Part shown: piece by piece, positions 9,850-19,608 of the stretch | Layout of the letters: every line of letters begins with the position of its first letter | Numbering within the stretch: the stretch's first letter is position 1 | Assembly: GCA_963822965.1 (NCBI GenBank) | Contig: CAWGJT010000013.1 | Location: 1 to 64,000, forward strand | DNA length: 64,000 nt | Reading direction: 5' to 3' | From: an uncultured delta proteobacterium | GTDB lineage: Bacteria > Myxococcota_A > UBA9160 > UBA4427 | Notes under the pieces: generated by a model | Database searches by the model: none | What the model was told of the DNA's origin: nothing | Seen by the model: only the letters and a program-made list of their open reading frames with translations | Program-made: the position numbers and the translations under genes

Positions 9850-10972
9850 CGACGATCTCCTTCGCGAGGGGCCGTTCGAGATCCTCGAGGTCGAGGATCG
9901 GGTGGTCGAAATCCAGGAAACACGCGGGCGGCAGCCAGTCGCGGGCGTCCACGACGGGAACGCCGTGGGCGGCGGCGATCTCCTCCACCAGCCGAGCCCC
10001 GGTGTCCGAGAGGCCGGGACGGTGGTACTCGCCCGCCTCGTCCTCCGCCAGGATGGGATTCTCGGGCATCAGCAGCACCAGGGTGGGGCGGCCGGAGCGG
10101 GCCAGCTCGTCCACCAGCGCATCGAAAGCCACCACCGAAGGGGTCTCCCGGGTGAGGGGCTCCCGGCTGCGGGCCCGCTGCCTTCCCCGGGCCAGGTGGC
10201 CGGGGCTCGCCGTCTCGAGGTAGTGCGCGTAGGCGTCGAGCCCGCCGGTGCGCTGCCAGGCGCGGTAGGCCTCCGCTACGGCGGGAGCGCGATCGCCGTA
10301 GAGATGCCGGAAGAGCTCGTCGCGCGTGGCGAACTCCTCGGGCGGCGCGCCCGGGTCCTCGCGCCGAAGGATGCGGTCGAGGAGCGCCTCACGCGCGAAC
10401 TCCCGGAAGCGGTACAGGGGCCAGACGGTCCGCAGCCAGCGGTCGATGCGCGCCCCCCAGCCGGGGGGAGGGATGGGACCGTCCCGCCAGCCGATCCGCA
10501 GCAGCTCCATCGGTCCCTCGCCGGGGGGATGCACGGGCTCGCGGATGAGATCGGTCGCGCCCACCGTGACCACGACGAGCTCCGGATCGAGGACGTCGAG
10601 GTGCCGCGCCAGCATCTCGGTCTCGCCCATGAACGAGCCGAAGATGCCCAGGTTCGAGACCGCCACGTCGAGATCGGGGCGAAGCCCTGCGATCGCCCGC
10701 TCCAGGCGATGCTCCCGCAGGGCCAGCACGACGCGGGAGTTGCCGAGCAGGGCCACCCGCACGGCGGCGTCCCGCTCGGGGGCGTAGATCTTGCGCATGA
10801 CCTGGTAGGTCTGGGGGAAGACCAGGCGCACGCCGCCGCTGTGCTCGAAGGCGGTGGGACCCCAGAGCAGCTGCGTGCGGGTGATGGCCGCGCCGATCGC
10901 GAGCAGGAAGACGACGGCCAGGATCCAGGTGGCGGGGGAGAGCGCCGGGTGATTTTCGTCGCGGAAGCGCAC
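9821..10972 (-). CDS. Membrane-anchored SGNH-like acyltransferase (DltD-like)
   Basis: N-terminal TM, VALLGNSRV block I, C-terminal DFDH; GTG start at 10972 after GGAGGGAG. Confidence 0.7.
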   Translation of the reverse strand: MRFRDENHPALSPATWILAVVFLLAIGAAITRTQLLWGPTAFEHSGGVRLVFPQTYQVMRKIYAPERDAAVRVALLGNSRVVLALREHRLERAIAGLRPDLDVAVSNLGIFGSFMGETEMLARHLDVLDPELVVVTVGATDLIREPVHPPGEGPMELLRIGWRDGPIPPPGWGARIDRWLRTVWPLYRFREFAREALLDRILRREDPGAPPEEFATRDELFRHLYGDRAPAVAEAYRAWQRTGGLDAYAHYLETASPGHLARGRQRARSREPLTRETPSVVAFDALVDELARSGRPTLVLLMPENPILAEDEAGEYHRPGLSDTGARLVEEIAAAHGVPVVDARDWLPPACFLDFDHPILDLEDLERPLAKEIVDALGTHPAG

Positions 10973-11042
10973 GCGAGACTCCCTCCGCGGCCAGTCGCGG
11001 CGGCCCAAACTTAGGCGAACACCCGAGCCGGGACACCCGGGG

Positions 11043-12239
11043 TCAGCGCGCGCCGATCTGCCCAGCGACCTGCCGGGCCACGATCTCGTAGCCCTGCCGG
11101 GTGAAGTGGCCGTCCACGTTCGGGGGAAAGATCGCCTCGCCGCCTTCGACCGCGGCCTCGAGCGCGGGCAGCAGATCGAGATGGCGAATGCCGTGCGCAT
11201 CCATGACCGCGACGAGATCCGCCACGATGCGCGCCTCGAAGGCGACGCTGCGGCGATAGCTGGCGGGTGCCGCCGTTCCCGTGCGACGCACCGCGTCGGC
11301 GAAGACGCGCTCCTTCGTGGGGACGAGCACCACCAGCAGCCGGGCCTCCGGGGCGTCCTGCGCGGCGCGGTCCGCGATGTCGACGAGCGCCTGGCGGGTG
11401 ATGCGCAGCCCCTCGCGAATGCGGGGCAGCGAGGTATCCACCGCGGCCAGGCGGTAGCTCGTATGGAAGACCGTCGAGATCCCGCCCGCGTCGTAGACGA
11501 AGCCGTCCTCGGGATGGTCCCGCGCCCAGGCCCGGTCGTGCGCGGCGTCGTCCGTGCCCGCGAGCGCGCGCTGCACTCGCTGCAACAGCCGGACGAGCGC
11601 GCTGTGACGAGCCAGACCCTCGAGCGCGCCGCCCGTGTTCTGCCCGTAGCGGATGCGCTCGAAGAACATCCGCTGCAGATCGGGGTAGGCCGACTCCTGG
11701 ATGCGGCGGCGCGCGGCGGGGTCGGGGTCGCGCAACGCCTCGTGCGCGTCCCGGCCGTAGGCCAGCTCCCAGGCGTCGTAGAGGTCGTTGCCGAGATAGA
11801 GGGCGACCACGATCCAGGCCGGCTCGAGCGAGAGAGCCGTCTCGAGCTGGCTCTCGTAGTGGACGATTCCGTAGCCCCCGCGGCCCATGTTGTACACGCG
11901 AAGGCCGGTCTCCCGGGCGAGCTGCTGCGGCCAGGCGTCCTCGCGCGAGACGTTCACCCCCCAGGTCTGGGAGTCGCCGAGGGCCACCACGTCGGCCGTC
12001 TCGAGCGCGGTGGCGTTGCGATAGCCCCGGGCGTCGTTCTCCCCGGTGCCCGGCGCCGTGCGGTAGCCCAGCACGGGGTCGTCGATGCGGCGGCCGATGG
12101 CGCCCACCAGCACCTCTCCCGGGTCCGGCAGCAGCTGCCGCGCCACGAGCTCGGCCAGCGCGAGGCCGAGCACGACGCCGAGCCCCAGGGCGGCGACGCG
12201 CATGCCGGTGCGCGAAAGACCCGACCGGGGAGCGCTCAC
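11043..12239 (-). CDS. SGNH hydrolase/O-acyltransferase (AlgJ/AlgX-like)
   Basis: TM anchor, VVALGDSQTWG, LYLGNDL, DGHF; GTGA overlap with upstream gene stop. Confidence 0.8.
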   Translation of the reverse strand: MSAPRSGLSRTGMRVAALGLGVVLGLALAELVARQLLPDPGEVLVGAIGRRIDDPVLGYRTAPGTGENDARGYRNATALETADVVALGDSQTWGVNVSREDAWPQQLARETGLRVYNMGRGGYGIVHYESQLETALSLEPAWIVVALYLGNDLYDAWELAYGRDAHEALRDPDPAARRRIQESAYPDLQRMFFERIRYGQNTGGALEGLARHSALVRLLQRVQRALAGTDDAAHDRAWARDHPEDGFVYDAGGISTVFHTSYRLAAVDTSLPRIREGLRITRQALVDIADRAAQDAPEARLLVVLVPTKERVFADAVRRTGTAAPASYRRSVAFEARIVADLVAVMDAHGIRHLDLLPALEAAVEGGEAIFPPNVDGHFTRQGYEIVARQVAGQIGAR

Positions 12240-14626
12240 GAGACCCTCCGGCCCCGCAACCGGCGCAACCGGCGCACCCACGCCGCCACGCCCCCCACGG
12301 CCACCGCCGCCGCGGTGAGTGCCGAGATCCAGGCGCCCCGGCGCACGCTGTCCGGCGCGAAGTAGACCTCCACCCGGTGCGTGCCGGCAGGAACCGCCAC
12401 CGCCTTGGCGAGCACGTCGGCGGCGAGCACCGGCACGGGCTCGCCGTCGAGACGCGCCTTCCAGCCGGGATACGGCGCGTCGGCGATCACCAGGTAGACG
12501 GGCTCGCGCGCCTCCACCACCACGATGTGACGCTCGGCGCTGCTCCCGGCCACCACGATGGAGGAGCCGCCGCTGTCTTTTCCGTCGCGCTTCGCGTCGC
12601 CTCTTCCGCTGCCTTCGTCACCGCCCTCGAGGACGAGCCGCGGCGCCCCGGGGCCGCCCCGGGCGAGCACCGCCATCGCCTCGGCGTAATCGCTCACGTG
12701 CCGGGCTTCGCTCTGGGGGACGAGCTGCAGCCGGCTCTCCGCGTACGGGTTCTCGAGCACCCGGAAGCGCAGCTCGTCGTCGTAGAACACCTGCTGGAGC
12801 TCGCGGCTGTAGGGCTCTCGCCGGTGCTGGTTGTGGGCCACCACGTAGCGGACGGCGAGCGCATCGACGAGTCGCGTTCCCGGCGCGCGCGGCGACTCGC
12901 CCCGCACCTCCGAGACGAGGAGCGGAGACACGGCGCCGCGGCGCGCCAGGGGCAGGGCCAGGTTCGCGTGCAGCGAGGGAAGGCCCCAGATCAGGTTCGA
13001 GCCTCCGTCGAGCGAGGACAGGAACAGACGCGCCAGGCGGGCGAGCCCGGGAGAGCTCGGCGTCGCGAACCCGATGTACGAGAAGAAGTGGGGAACGCTG
13101 GCGATCTGGAAGTCACGGTCGTGGGGATGGCGCTCGAGCAGCCAGCGGACCGTGGGCGGCGGCTCGCGGACCACGTCGACGGACACCGGATCGTGTAGAT
13201 TCCCGCGGAGCGCCGCGATCTCCACGAGCAGGAGCACCACCAGCCCGGCCGGCAGCCAACGGGCAGCGCGGCGCAGATGCAGCCCGACGACTCCGACCAG
13301 CGCGACCAGCGGCAGCACATAGGCGAGCACGCTCACGTGCTCGTCGTCGAGCCACACGGCCGCACCCCCCAGCACCAGCGCCACCCCGCAGCCCTGCCAG
13401 AGCAGGGCACGGCCAGCAGAGCCGGCAGACCCGGCAGACCCGGCAGAGCCGGCTTCGCAAGAGAGACGGTCGACCCCGAACGCCGCCAGCACCGCCACGC
13501 CCACCAGCGCGATCGTCTCGTAGAGGTGGGTGATCCGGAAGCTGTCGAGCCCCGGCAGGACGTGGTGCAGCAGGCGATAGACCGGCGAGGCCTCGGCCCA
13601 GCCGAGCTGCAGCAGCAGCACGCTCGCCACCCCCCAGGCGATGGCCGTGCGCGACCGGCTCACCCCCATGCCCGCCAGCCACAGGACAGTCAGGCTGCCG
13701 AGCCCCGGCTCCACCAGGGCGCGCTGGCCCACGCTGAAGAGCAGGCCGCGAAGCTGCAGCAGGGGCGTGCCCGACTGCACGAGCTCCACGCCCCCGGCCC
13801 GCACGGATTCGCCCACCAGCTCGAAGGTGGGCAGCAGCTGGATCGCAGAGAGTCCCACGGCGACGGCGACGGCGAGGAGACCCGTCGCCAGATGACGGCC
13901 CGGCGCGCGCAGCCACGCACGGTCGATCCGCAAGGCGAGCGTCACCCCCGAGAAGATCGCGACGGCGTGCAGCGCCTGGGGGTAGCCCGCGAGCAACATC
14001 GCCGCGAGCGCCACGCCCAGCACCGTGGCGCGCGCGACGTCCGGCGCGCGCCACCAGCGCTCCACGGCCCACAGCACCCAGGGCGCGAAGGCACAGGACA
14101 GGGCGATGGCCGAGTTGCCGCTCTGTCCCAGCCAGTCCTGGGAGGCCGCGAGCGCCAGCCCCGCCAGCAGCGAGGCCGCCGTGGAGCGCCCCAGCTGCCG
14201 GCAGAGCCCGAAGGTGCCGAAGGCCGCGAGCCAGCCGCAGAGCACGTGCAGGAGGCCGTGGGCGTAGAGGGTGCCGGCGCCCAGCAGGGCGCCGGGCGCG
14301 TCGAAGAGCCTCGCGAGGCCTCCGAACAGCAGCCAGTTCACGGGATGGGCGAAGCCGCCCTGGCCCTCGGCGAAGATCGGATGGCCGCCGTAGATGGCGT
14401 CGGACCAGAGGGGAAGCGCACCCCGGGCGAGGGACTTCGCGAGCACCTGCTGCAGCGGCAGGCTCACCGAGAGCGCGTCGCCGTGGACGAAGGTGGCCCG
14501 GCCGGAGAGCACGTCGTGGAACAGCACCGCGAACACGACGAGGAAGAGGAGCGCTGCGCCGAGAGCCGGCGGCACGCGTCGCTGGACCATCGCCAAAGCG
14601 GTCTGCACCTCCCTGGGGCTCTCCAC
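12236..14626 (-). CDS. YfhO-family GT-C membrane glycosyltransferase
   Basis: LPLWSDAIYGGHP N-terminal loop, many TMs, C-terminal LVIADAPYPGWKARLDG...AVAVPAGTHRVE typical of YfhO. Confidence 0.82.
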   Translation of the reverse strand: MESPREVQTALAMVQRRVPPALGAALLFLVVFAVLFHDVLSGRATFVHGDALSVSLPLQQVLAKSLARGALPLWSDAIYGGHPIFAEGQGGFAHPVNWLLFGGLARLFDAPGALLGAGTLYAHGLLHVLCGWLAAFGTFGLCRQLGRSTAASLLAGLALAASQDWLGQSGNSAIALSCAFAPWVLWAVERWWRAPDVARATVLGVALAAMLLAGYPQALHAVAIFSGVTLALRIDRAWLRAPGRHLATGLLAVAVAVGLSAIQLLPTFELVGESVRAGGVELVQSGTPLLQLRGLLFSVGQRALVEPGLGSLTVLWLAGMGVSRSRTAIAWGVASVLLLQLGWAEASPVYRLLHHVLPGLDSFRITHLYETIALVGVAVLAAFGVDRLSCEAGSAGSAGSAGSAGRALLWQGCGVALVLGGAAVWLDDEHVSVLAYVLPLVALVGVVGLHLRRAARWLPAGLVVLLLVEIAALRGNLHDPVSVDVVREPPPTVRWLLERHPHDRDFQIASVPHFFSYIGFATPSSPGLARLARLFLSSLDGGSNLIWGLPSLHANLALPLARRGAVSPLLVSEVRGESPRAPGTRLVDALAVRYVVAHNQHRREPYSRELQQVFYDDELRFRVLENPYAESRLQLVPQSEARHVSDYAEAMAVLARGGPGAPRLVLEGGDEGSGRGDAKRDGKDSGGSSIVVAGSSAERHIVVVEAREPVYLVIADAPYPGWKARLDGEPVPVLAADVLAKAVAVPAGTHRVEVYFAPDSVRRGAWISALTAAAVAVGGVAAWVRRLRRLRGRRVS

Positions 14627-14745
14627 GGCGGCTTCCGCTCGCGACTGCCGGGCTCGGGGGGACGTGGCGCCGGAACGCTACTCGATTCGCCGGGTCTTCC
14701 GTATCCTGTCGCCCGATCCCCTGGGGAGAACCCGACCTCCGCCGC

Positions 14746-16983
14746 ATGTCCGAAGCTGCCCCGCGACCCACCACGACGGCCGGTGGGCTCCCGTCGATCT
14801 CCGGCTGGGCCGTCCGGATCGTCGTGCTGCTCGCGCTCGTCGCGTTCGCGATCCCGCTCTGTCGCCGCTCGATCGTCCTCGCCGACGAAGGCTACATCCT
14901 GCTGCAGTCGTGGGACCTGCTGAACGGCAAGATGCTGTACCGCGACATGGACGCCTTCGTGACCCCGGGCATGTGGCTCGTGCTCGCGGGCACGTTCCGG
15001 CTGCTGGGACCGAGCGTCATCGCCTCGCGGGTGCCGGTCTTCTTCGCGCTGCTCGCGATGTACGGCACCGGATACCGCATCACGTCGCGCCTCGCGGGCG
15101 CCCGCTACGGGCTGCTCGCCCTGGCGCTGCTCGTCGTCTGCACCGTCTGGGCGTTCCCGGCCTGGACCTTCGCGTTCTACTCGCCCTTCTCGGTGACCTT
15201 CGCCCTGGTCGCCCTCGAGCGCCTGCTGGCCTGGCGCGATTCCCGGCGAAGCCGCGACCTGCTGCTCTGCGGCTTCGCGGTGGGCGTCGCCATCGTCTTC
15301 AAGCAGAACTACGGCGTCTTCGCGCTGGGCGGTCTCGCGCTCGGTGCGCTCGCGGTTCGCTCCGAGCAGGGTCTCACCGGCACGGCCTGGCTGCGGGCGG
15401 GCGCCCGGGACGCCCTCTTCGCGGCGGGAGGACTGGCGGCGGCCGGGCTGCCCATCGTGGCCTGGCTGGCCGCGGAAGGCGCGCTCGGCGCGGCCTGGCA
15501 GGGCCTGGTGGTGCACCCCTTCGAGTTCAGGAGCCTGCACGGCATCCCCTACCTGCCGCTCTCGGCCATCGCGAAGCCCGACCTGATGAAGTCGGGGCCG
15601 GAGATGCTCACCTACGCCGCCCAGCCCGTGTACCGGGTGCCCCCGCTGATTCCCTGGATCTACCAGATCGGCCTGGTGGAGCGGATGCACGTGCTGTTCT
15701 ACTGGGCTCCGCCGATGGTGCTGGCCCTGGGCGTCGCGCTCTCGTACCGCCCCGACAGCGGCCGCTCGGTGGCGCGTCCCCGGCCGGTGGACGCCGGGCT
15801 CTTCAGCGTCTCGGCGGTGGCCGGCCTCGTCTTCCTCGGCGTCTTCCCCCGCGCCGACTTCAACCACCTGGTCAACGTCTACCAGCCCGTGGTGCTGGCG
15901 GGCGTCGTCGTCGCCCACCACCTGCTGGCACGACGTCCGGCGCCGCGTACCTGGCCCGTGCGCGCGGCGGTGGGCGGAACGCTCGTGGTGCTCGCCCTCT
16001 ATGCGGCCGTCGCCGCCGTCTGGTATGCGGGACTGATCGAACGACTCGACTCGAAGATCCTCGCCGCCCGCGGCGGGGTCCTCGACACGGACGAGCAGGC
16101 CCAGCGCATCGACTACGAGGTGCGGACGATCCAGGCGGAGACCCGGCCGGACGAGGCGCTCCTCACCGTTCCCGACCTGTCCATGCTGAACTTCCTCGCC
16201 GACCGGCCCATGCCGAGCGCCTACTACAACCTGTACGAGCATCACATCGTCCACGACGGCGGCGCCGCCGTGGTGAAGGGCGATCTCGAGCACGGCGGCC
16301 CGCTCGCGATCACCCGCTACAACGACTTCTTCTCGGACCGGGTGCTGCTGCGGGAATACGCGCCCGCGCTCGTCGACTACCTGAAGACGCACTTCGACAT
16401 GAAGTACACGGTGGGCCACGAGGACTTCATCCACCTGGAGCGTCGCAGCGAGCCGCGGCCCAAGCCGCGGACGGTCTCCATCCTGCCCTGGTGCAACACG
16501 TCGCGCGGCTACCAGACCGTGCGCGAGCACCTGCTCTTCCCCGCGCTCTACCACGACCCCGGCACGGGAGGCGAGATGCCGACGGCCACCGTGGAGACGC
16601 CCTGCGACGTGCCCGTGCCCCGAGAGGGCGCCACCTTCGTGGTGCGCCTGGGCTACAGGGCGCCGGCGGTGGTGGTGCGCAACACGACCCTCACCATGGA
16701 GGTGCTGGCGGTCGGGGCGAACGAGAAGCTGCTGCTCGCCCACGAGGTCTTCACGGTGGAGCCGGCGCTGCCGGTCGCGCGCCGGAAGCCGGTGGCGCCG
16801 GAGCTGCGCATCGACCTCACGCCGTGGGCCGGCCGCACCGTACGGCTCATCCTGCGCACCATCCGCAGGGGGCAGGTGCACGTGCGCCCCCTCGAGCCGC
16901 GCGGCTTCGGGACGGTCTGGGAGGGTCCGGAGCTCGTGCTGCACGGCGGCGCGGCACCGCGTCGCGCGGCGGCGCGACCGTGA
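14746..16983 (+). CDS. GT-C fold membrane glycosyltransferase (ArnT/PMT-like)
   Basis: DEG motif after TM1, LYRD, FKQNYG, multi-TM core plus periplasmic C-domain; paralog of 46867-49119. Confidence 0.7.
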   Translation: MSEAAPRPTTTAGGLPSISGWAVRIVVLLALVAFAIPLCRRSIVLADEGYILLQSWDLLNGKMLYRDMDAFVTPGMWLVLAGTFRLLGPSVIASRVPVFFALLAMYGTGYRITSRLAGARYGLLALALLVVCTVWAFPAWTFAFYSPFSVTFALVALERLLAWRDSRRSRDLLLCGFAVGVAIVFKQNYGVFALGGLALGALAVRSEQGLTGTAWLRAGARDALFAAGGLAAAGLPIVAWLAAEGALGAAWQGLVVHPFEFRSLHGIPYLPLSAIAKPDLMKSGPEMLTYAAQPVYRVPPLIPWIYQIGLVERMHVLFYWAPPMVLALGVALSYRPDSGRSVARPRPVDAGLFSVSAVAGLVFLGVFPRADFNHLVNVYQPVVLAGVVVAHHLLARRPAPRTWPVRAAVGGTLVVLALYAAVAAVWYAGLIERLDSKILAARGGVLDTDEQAQRIDYEVRTIQAETRPDEALLTVPDLSMLNFLADRPMPSAYYNLYEHHIVHDGGAAVVKGDLEHGGPLAITRYNDFFSDRVLLREYAPALVDYLKTHFDMKYTVGHEDFIHLERRSEPRPKPRTVSILPWCNTSRGYQTVREHLLFPALYHDPGTGGEMPTATVETPCDVPVPREGATFVVRLGYRAPAVVVRNTTLTMEVLAVGANEKLLLAHEVFTVEPALPVARRKPVAPELRIDLTPWAGRTVRLILRTIRRGQVHVRPLEPRGFGTVWEGPELVLHGGAAPRRAAARP

Positions 16984-18191
16984 CCCGCGGCTCCCGCGCC
17001 GCGGCGGGAATCGTCTCCCTCGCGGGGGCGGTCGCGGTGATATTGGCGGTGACAATGACAGTGACGGTGCCGGCAGCCGTCTTCCGCGCCGTCGAGGCCT
17101 GGGACGCGGCGCCCGTCGAGGTGGGCCTCGACGTCATCGAGCCCATCGAGGCGGTGCTCGCCCAGATGAGAGCGGAGAGCGAGACCGACACGAAGAGAGC
17201 CGAGCCCCTGCAGATCGCGTTCCTCGGCGACTCCATGGTGATCAGCTATCCCGAGGGCCGGACGATTCCCGACCGGCTGCAGCAGGTGCTGGACCGCAGC
17301 CCCATGGGTCGGCCCATCCGGGTGCAGCCCGTCGCCGAGCCCGGCATGGGCCCGTTCGACTTCTACTTCATCGCCGATCGCGTGGCGGAGGCCGGCCCCG
17401 ACCTGGTGGTCCTGCCCTTCAACCTCGCCTCCTTCTCGGACGCCTGGCGGGGCACGTTCTCGCGGCCGCAGCTGGCAGGCTGGCTGCCTCCCCGCCGCGT
17501 CCCCCAGGCGCTCTGCCTGCCGCTGGACTGGATCGGCCTCACGGCGGATCGGCTGCTCGCCTACGTGGGGGTGGTGCAGGTGGGCGCGGCGGCGCCGTGG
17601 CACGCCTTCCTGAAGGACCAGGCGCGGGTGGGAAGGGCGCGGCGTCAGCTCGCTTGGAAGATCGGCGAAGCGCTCGGCGGCGACGCCGACGCACGCTTCG
17701 CCCGCGACGGCTTCCAGGCAGCATCGAAGCTCCTGCAGAACCCGAAGACCCGGCGCTTCACCCGGGCCGGCGTGCGGGAGCGGTTCGGCGTCACCCTGGA
17801 CGGGGTGGGGCCGGACGATCCGGTGCTGGAGATGCTGGGCGCCCTGGTCCGCGTCTTCCGCGAACGCGACATCCCGGTGCTGGTCTACGTCGATCCGCTG
17901 AACGTCGAGCACCTCGCCCAGGTAGACCCGGTGGAGACGGCAGAGACGGCAGAGACGGCGGGGAGCCCGGGGCTCGAGCGCACCCTGGAGTCCATCGAGG
18001 CGGTGGCGCGCGAGGCCGGCGCCGGATTCGCCGACCTGCACGACCTCCTCCCGGACACCGGCTTCCGAGACGGCGCGGGGCACCTCTCGGTCACCCGGGA
18101 CACCCCCGACGGCCCGCTGCACGTCGCGGAGGCCCTGGCCCCGGTCGTCCTCTCCCACGCCGGTGTCGCACGCGCGGCGGACGCCGACTGA
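16980..18191 (+). CDS. SGNH-family protein
   Basis: GTG overlaps upstream TGA; IAFLGDSMV and FRDGAGHL motifs; stop overlaps the MBOAT ATG. Confidence 0.78.
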   Translation: MTRGSRAAAGIVSLAGAVAVILAVTMTVTVPAAVFRAVEAWDAAPVEVGLDVIEPIEAVLAQMRAESETDTKRAEPLQIAFLGDSMVISYPEGRTIPDRLQQVLDRSPMGRPIRVQPVAEPGMGPFDFYFIADRVAEAGPDLVVLPFNLASFSDAWRGTFSRPQLAGWLPPRRVPQALCLPLDWIGLTADRLLAYVGVVQVGAAAPWHAFLKDQARVGRARRQLAWKIGEALGGDADARFARDGFQAASKLLQNPKTRRFTRAGVRERFGVTLDGVGPDDPVLEMLGALVRVFRERDIPVLVYVDPLNVEHLAQVDPVETAETAETAGSPGLERTLESIEAVAREAGAGFADLHDLLPDTGFRDGAGHLSVTRDTPDGPLHVAEALAPVVLSHAGVARAADAD

Positions 18192-19594
18192 TGCTCTTCA
18201 ACAGCTTCCAGTTCGCGCTCTTCTTCGCGGTGGTGTGGCTCGCCCACCGATCGCTTCCGGCGGCCTGGCGCGGGCCGCTGCTGCTGGCCGCCAGTCTGCT
18301 CTTCTACTCGCTGTGGCTGCCCGTGTACCTGCTGCTGCTGCTCTTCGAGATCGCGGCCAGCTACGCGCTCATCCGCTGGATCGCGCGCGGACACCATCGC
18401 AGGCTCGCCCTCGGCGCCACGGCCGTCCTCACCCTGGGTCTCCTGGCCGGCTTCAAGTACGCGGCCCTGGCGGTGGAGACCGTGGCGCCGGTCCTGCGGG
18501 CGGGACTCGGCTGGAGCCCGCCCGTCCCGGACATCTTCCTGCCGCTCGGCATCTCGTTCTTCAGCTTCCAGATCCTCGGCCTCGCCGTGGACGTCTACCG
18601 GGGCGACTGCGAGCCGCCGCCCTCGCTGGCCCGCCACGCGCTCTTCGTCTCGTTCTTTCCCCAGCTCGTCGCCGGACCGATCCTGCGCGGGGCGGAGTTC
18701 CTGCCCCAGCTGGCCCGCGGCGCCCGTCCCACCCCCGAGCGCAGCCAGCGCGGGCTGTGGCTGCTGGCGTGCGGGCTCGCCAAGAAGGTGATCCTCGCCG
18801 ACTACCTGCTGGCGCCCTTCGTGGACGACGTCTTCCGGGTGCCGGGGGTCGGCAGCCCGGCCTTCCACTGGCTCGCCGCCTTCTCCTTCGCGTTCCAGAT
18901 CTACTTCGACTTCGCGGGCTATACCGACATGGCGCGGGGGCTGGCCCTGCTTCTGGGCTTCGAGCTGCCGGCCAACTTCCTGGAGCCCTACCTCTCCCGG
19001 GATCCCTCCGAGTTCTGGCGGCGCTGGCACGTCACCCTCTCCACCTGGCTGCGCGACTACCTCTACATTCCGCTGGGCGGCAATCGCCGCGGGCCGACGC
19101 GCACCCACGTGAACCTTCTCGTCACGATGCTGCTCGGCGGGCTGTGGCACGGCGCGGCCTGGAGCTTCGTGGTGTGGGGCGGGATCCACGGCCTGCTGCT
19201 GGTGGGTCATCGTCTCCTGGGCGGCCGCCGCGACCCCGAGCGGCCGCTCACCGCAGCGGATGCGCCGCGCGTCATTGCCACCTTCACCGGGGTGACCCTG
19301 GCCTGGGTGTTCTTCCGGGCGCCGACCTTCGACGAGGCGCTGCGCTTCCTGGCGAGCATGTTCGGCGCCGGCGCCGGAACGGGCTGGCCCGTGCTGCAGA
19401 CGGCGATCGTCGCCGGCTGCGCGGGGCTGCACCTGCTCGAGCGGCGCCTGCGCGAACGGGCGCCGGCCCTGCGCGCCGCAGCCAACCGCACGGGCTGGGG
19501 GCTCGCCCTCCAGGGCGCCGCCCTGGGCGCGGTCGTGGGCCTCGCCGTCGCCGTCGCGGGAGTGGGCGGCGAGTTCATCTACTTCCAGTTCTGA
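18191..19594 (+). CDS. algI: MBOAT O-acyltransferase, AlgI/PatA-type, with fused C-terminal FIYFQF motif
   Basis: MLFNS start, LPLGISFFSFQ, FFPQLVAGPI, QIYFDFAGYTDMA, EFWRRWHVTLSTWLRDYLYIPLGG, GLWHGA, ends EFIYFQF. The symbol is family-level only. Confidence 0.92.
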   Translation: MLFNSFQFALFFAVVWLAHRSLPAAWRGPLLLAASLLFYSLWLPVYLLLLLFEIAASYALIRWIARGHHRRLALGATAVLTLGLLAGFKYAALAVETVAPVLRAGLGWSPPVPDIFLPLGISFFSFQILGLAVDVYRGDCEPPPSLARHALFVSFFPQLVAGPILRGAEFLPQLARGARPTPERSQRGLWLLACGLAKKVILADYLLAPFVDDVFRVPGVGSPAFHWLAAFSFAFQIYFDFAGYTDMARGLALLLGFELPANFLEPYLSRDPSEFWRRWHVTLSTWLRDYLYIPLGGNRRGPTRTHVNLLVTMLLGGLWHGAAWSFVVWGGIHGLLLVGHRLLGGRRDPERPLTAADAPRVIATFTGVTLAWVFFRAPTFDEALRFLASMFGAGAGTGWPVLQTAIVAGCAGLHLLERRLRERAPALRAAANRTGWGLALQGAALGAVVGLAVAVAGVGGEFIYFQF

Positions 19595-19608
19595 TCCGAC
19601 TCCGCCGA

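Noticed and set aside
14394..18191. 1265-aa ORF as one protein (likewise 17597-19594, 52001-56155, 60528-63995, 34595-36619)
   Set aside because: Only the C-terminal parts are real genes. The N-terminal extensions are off-frame read-through of neighbours, and the true starts have overlaps or SD sites.
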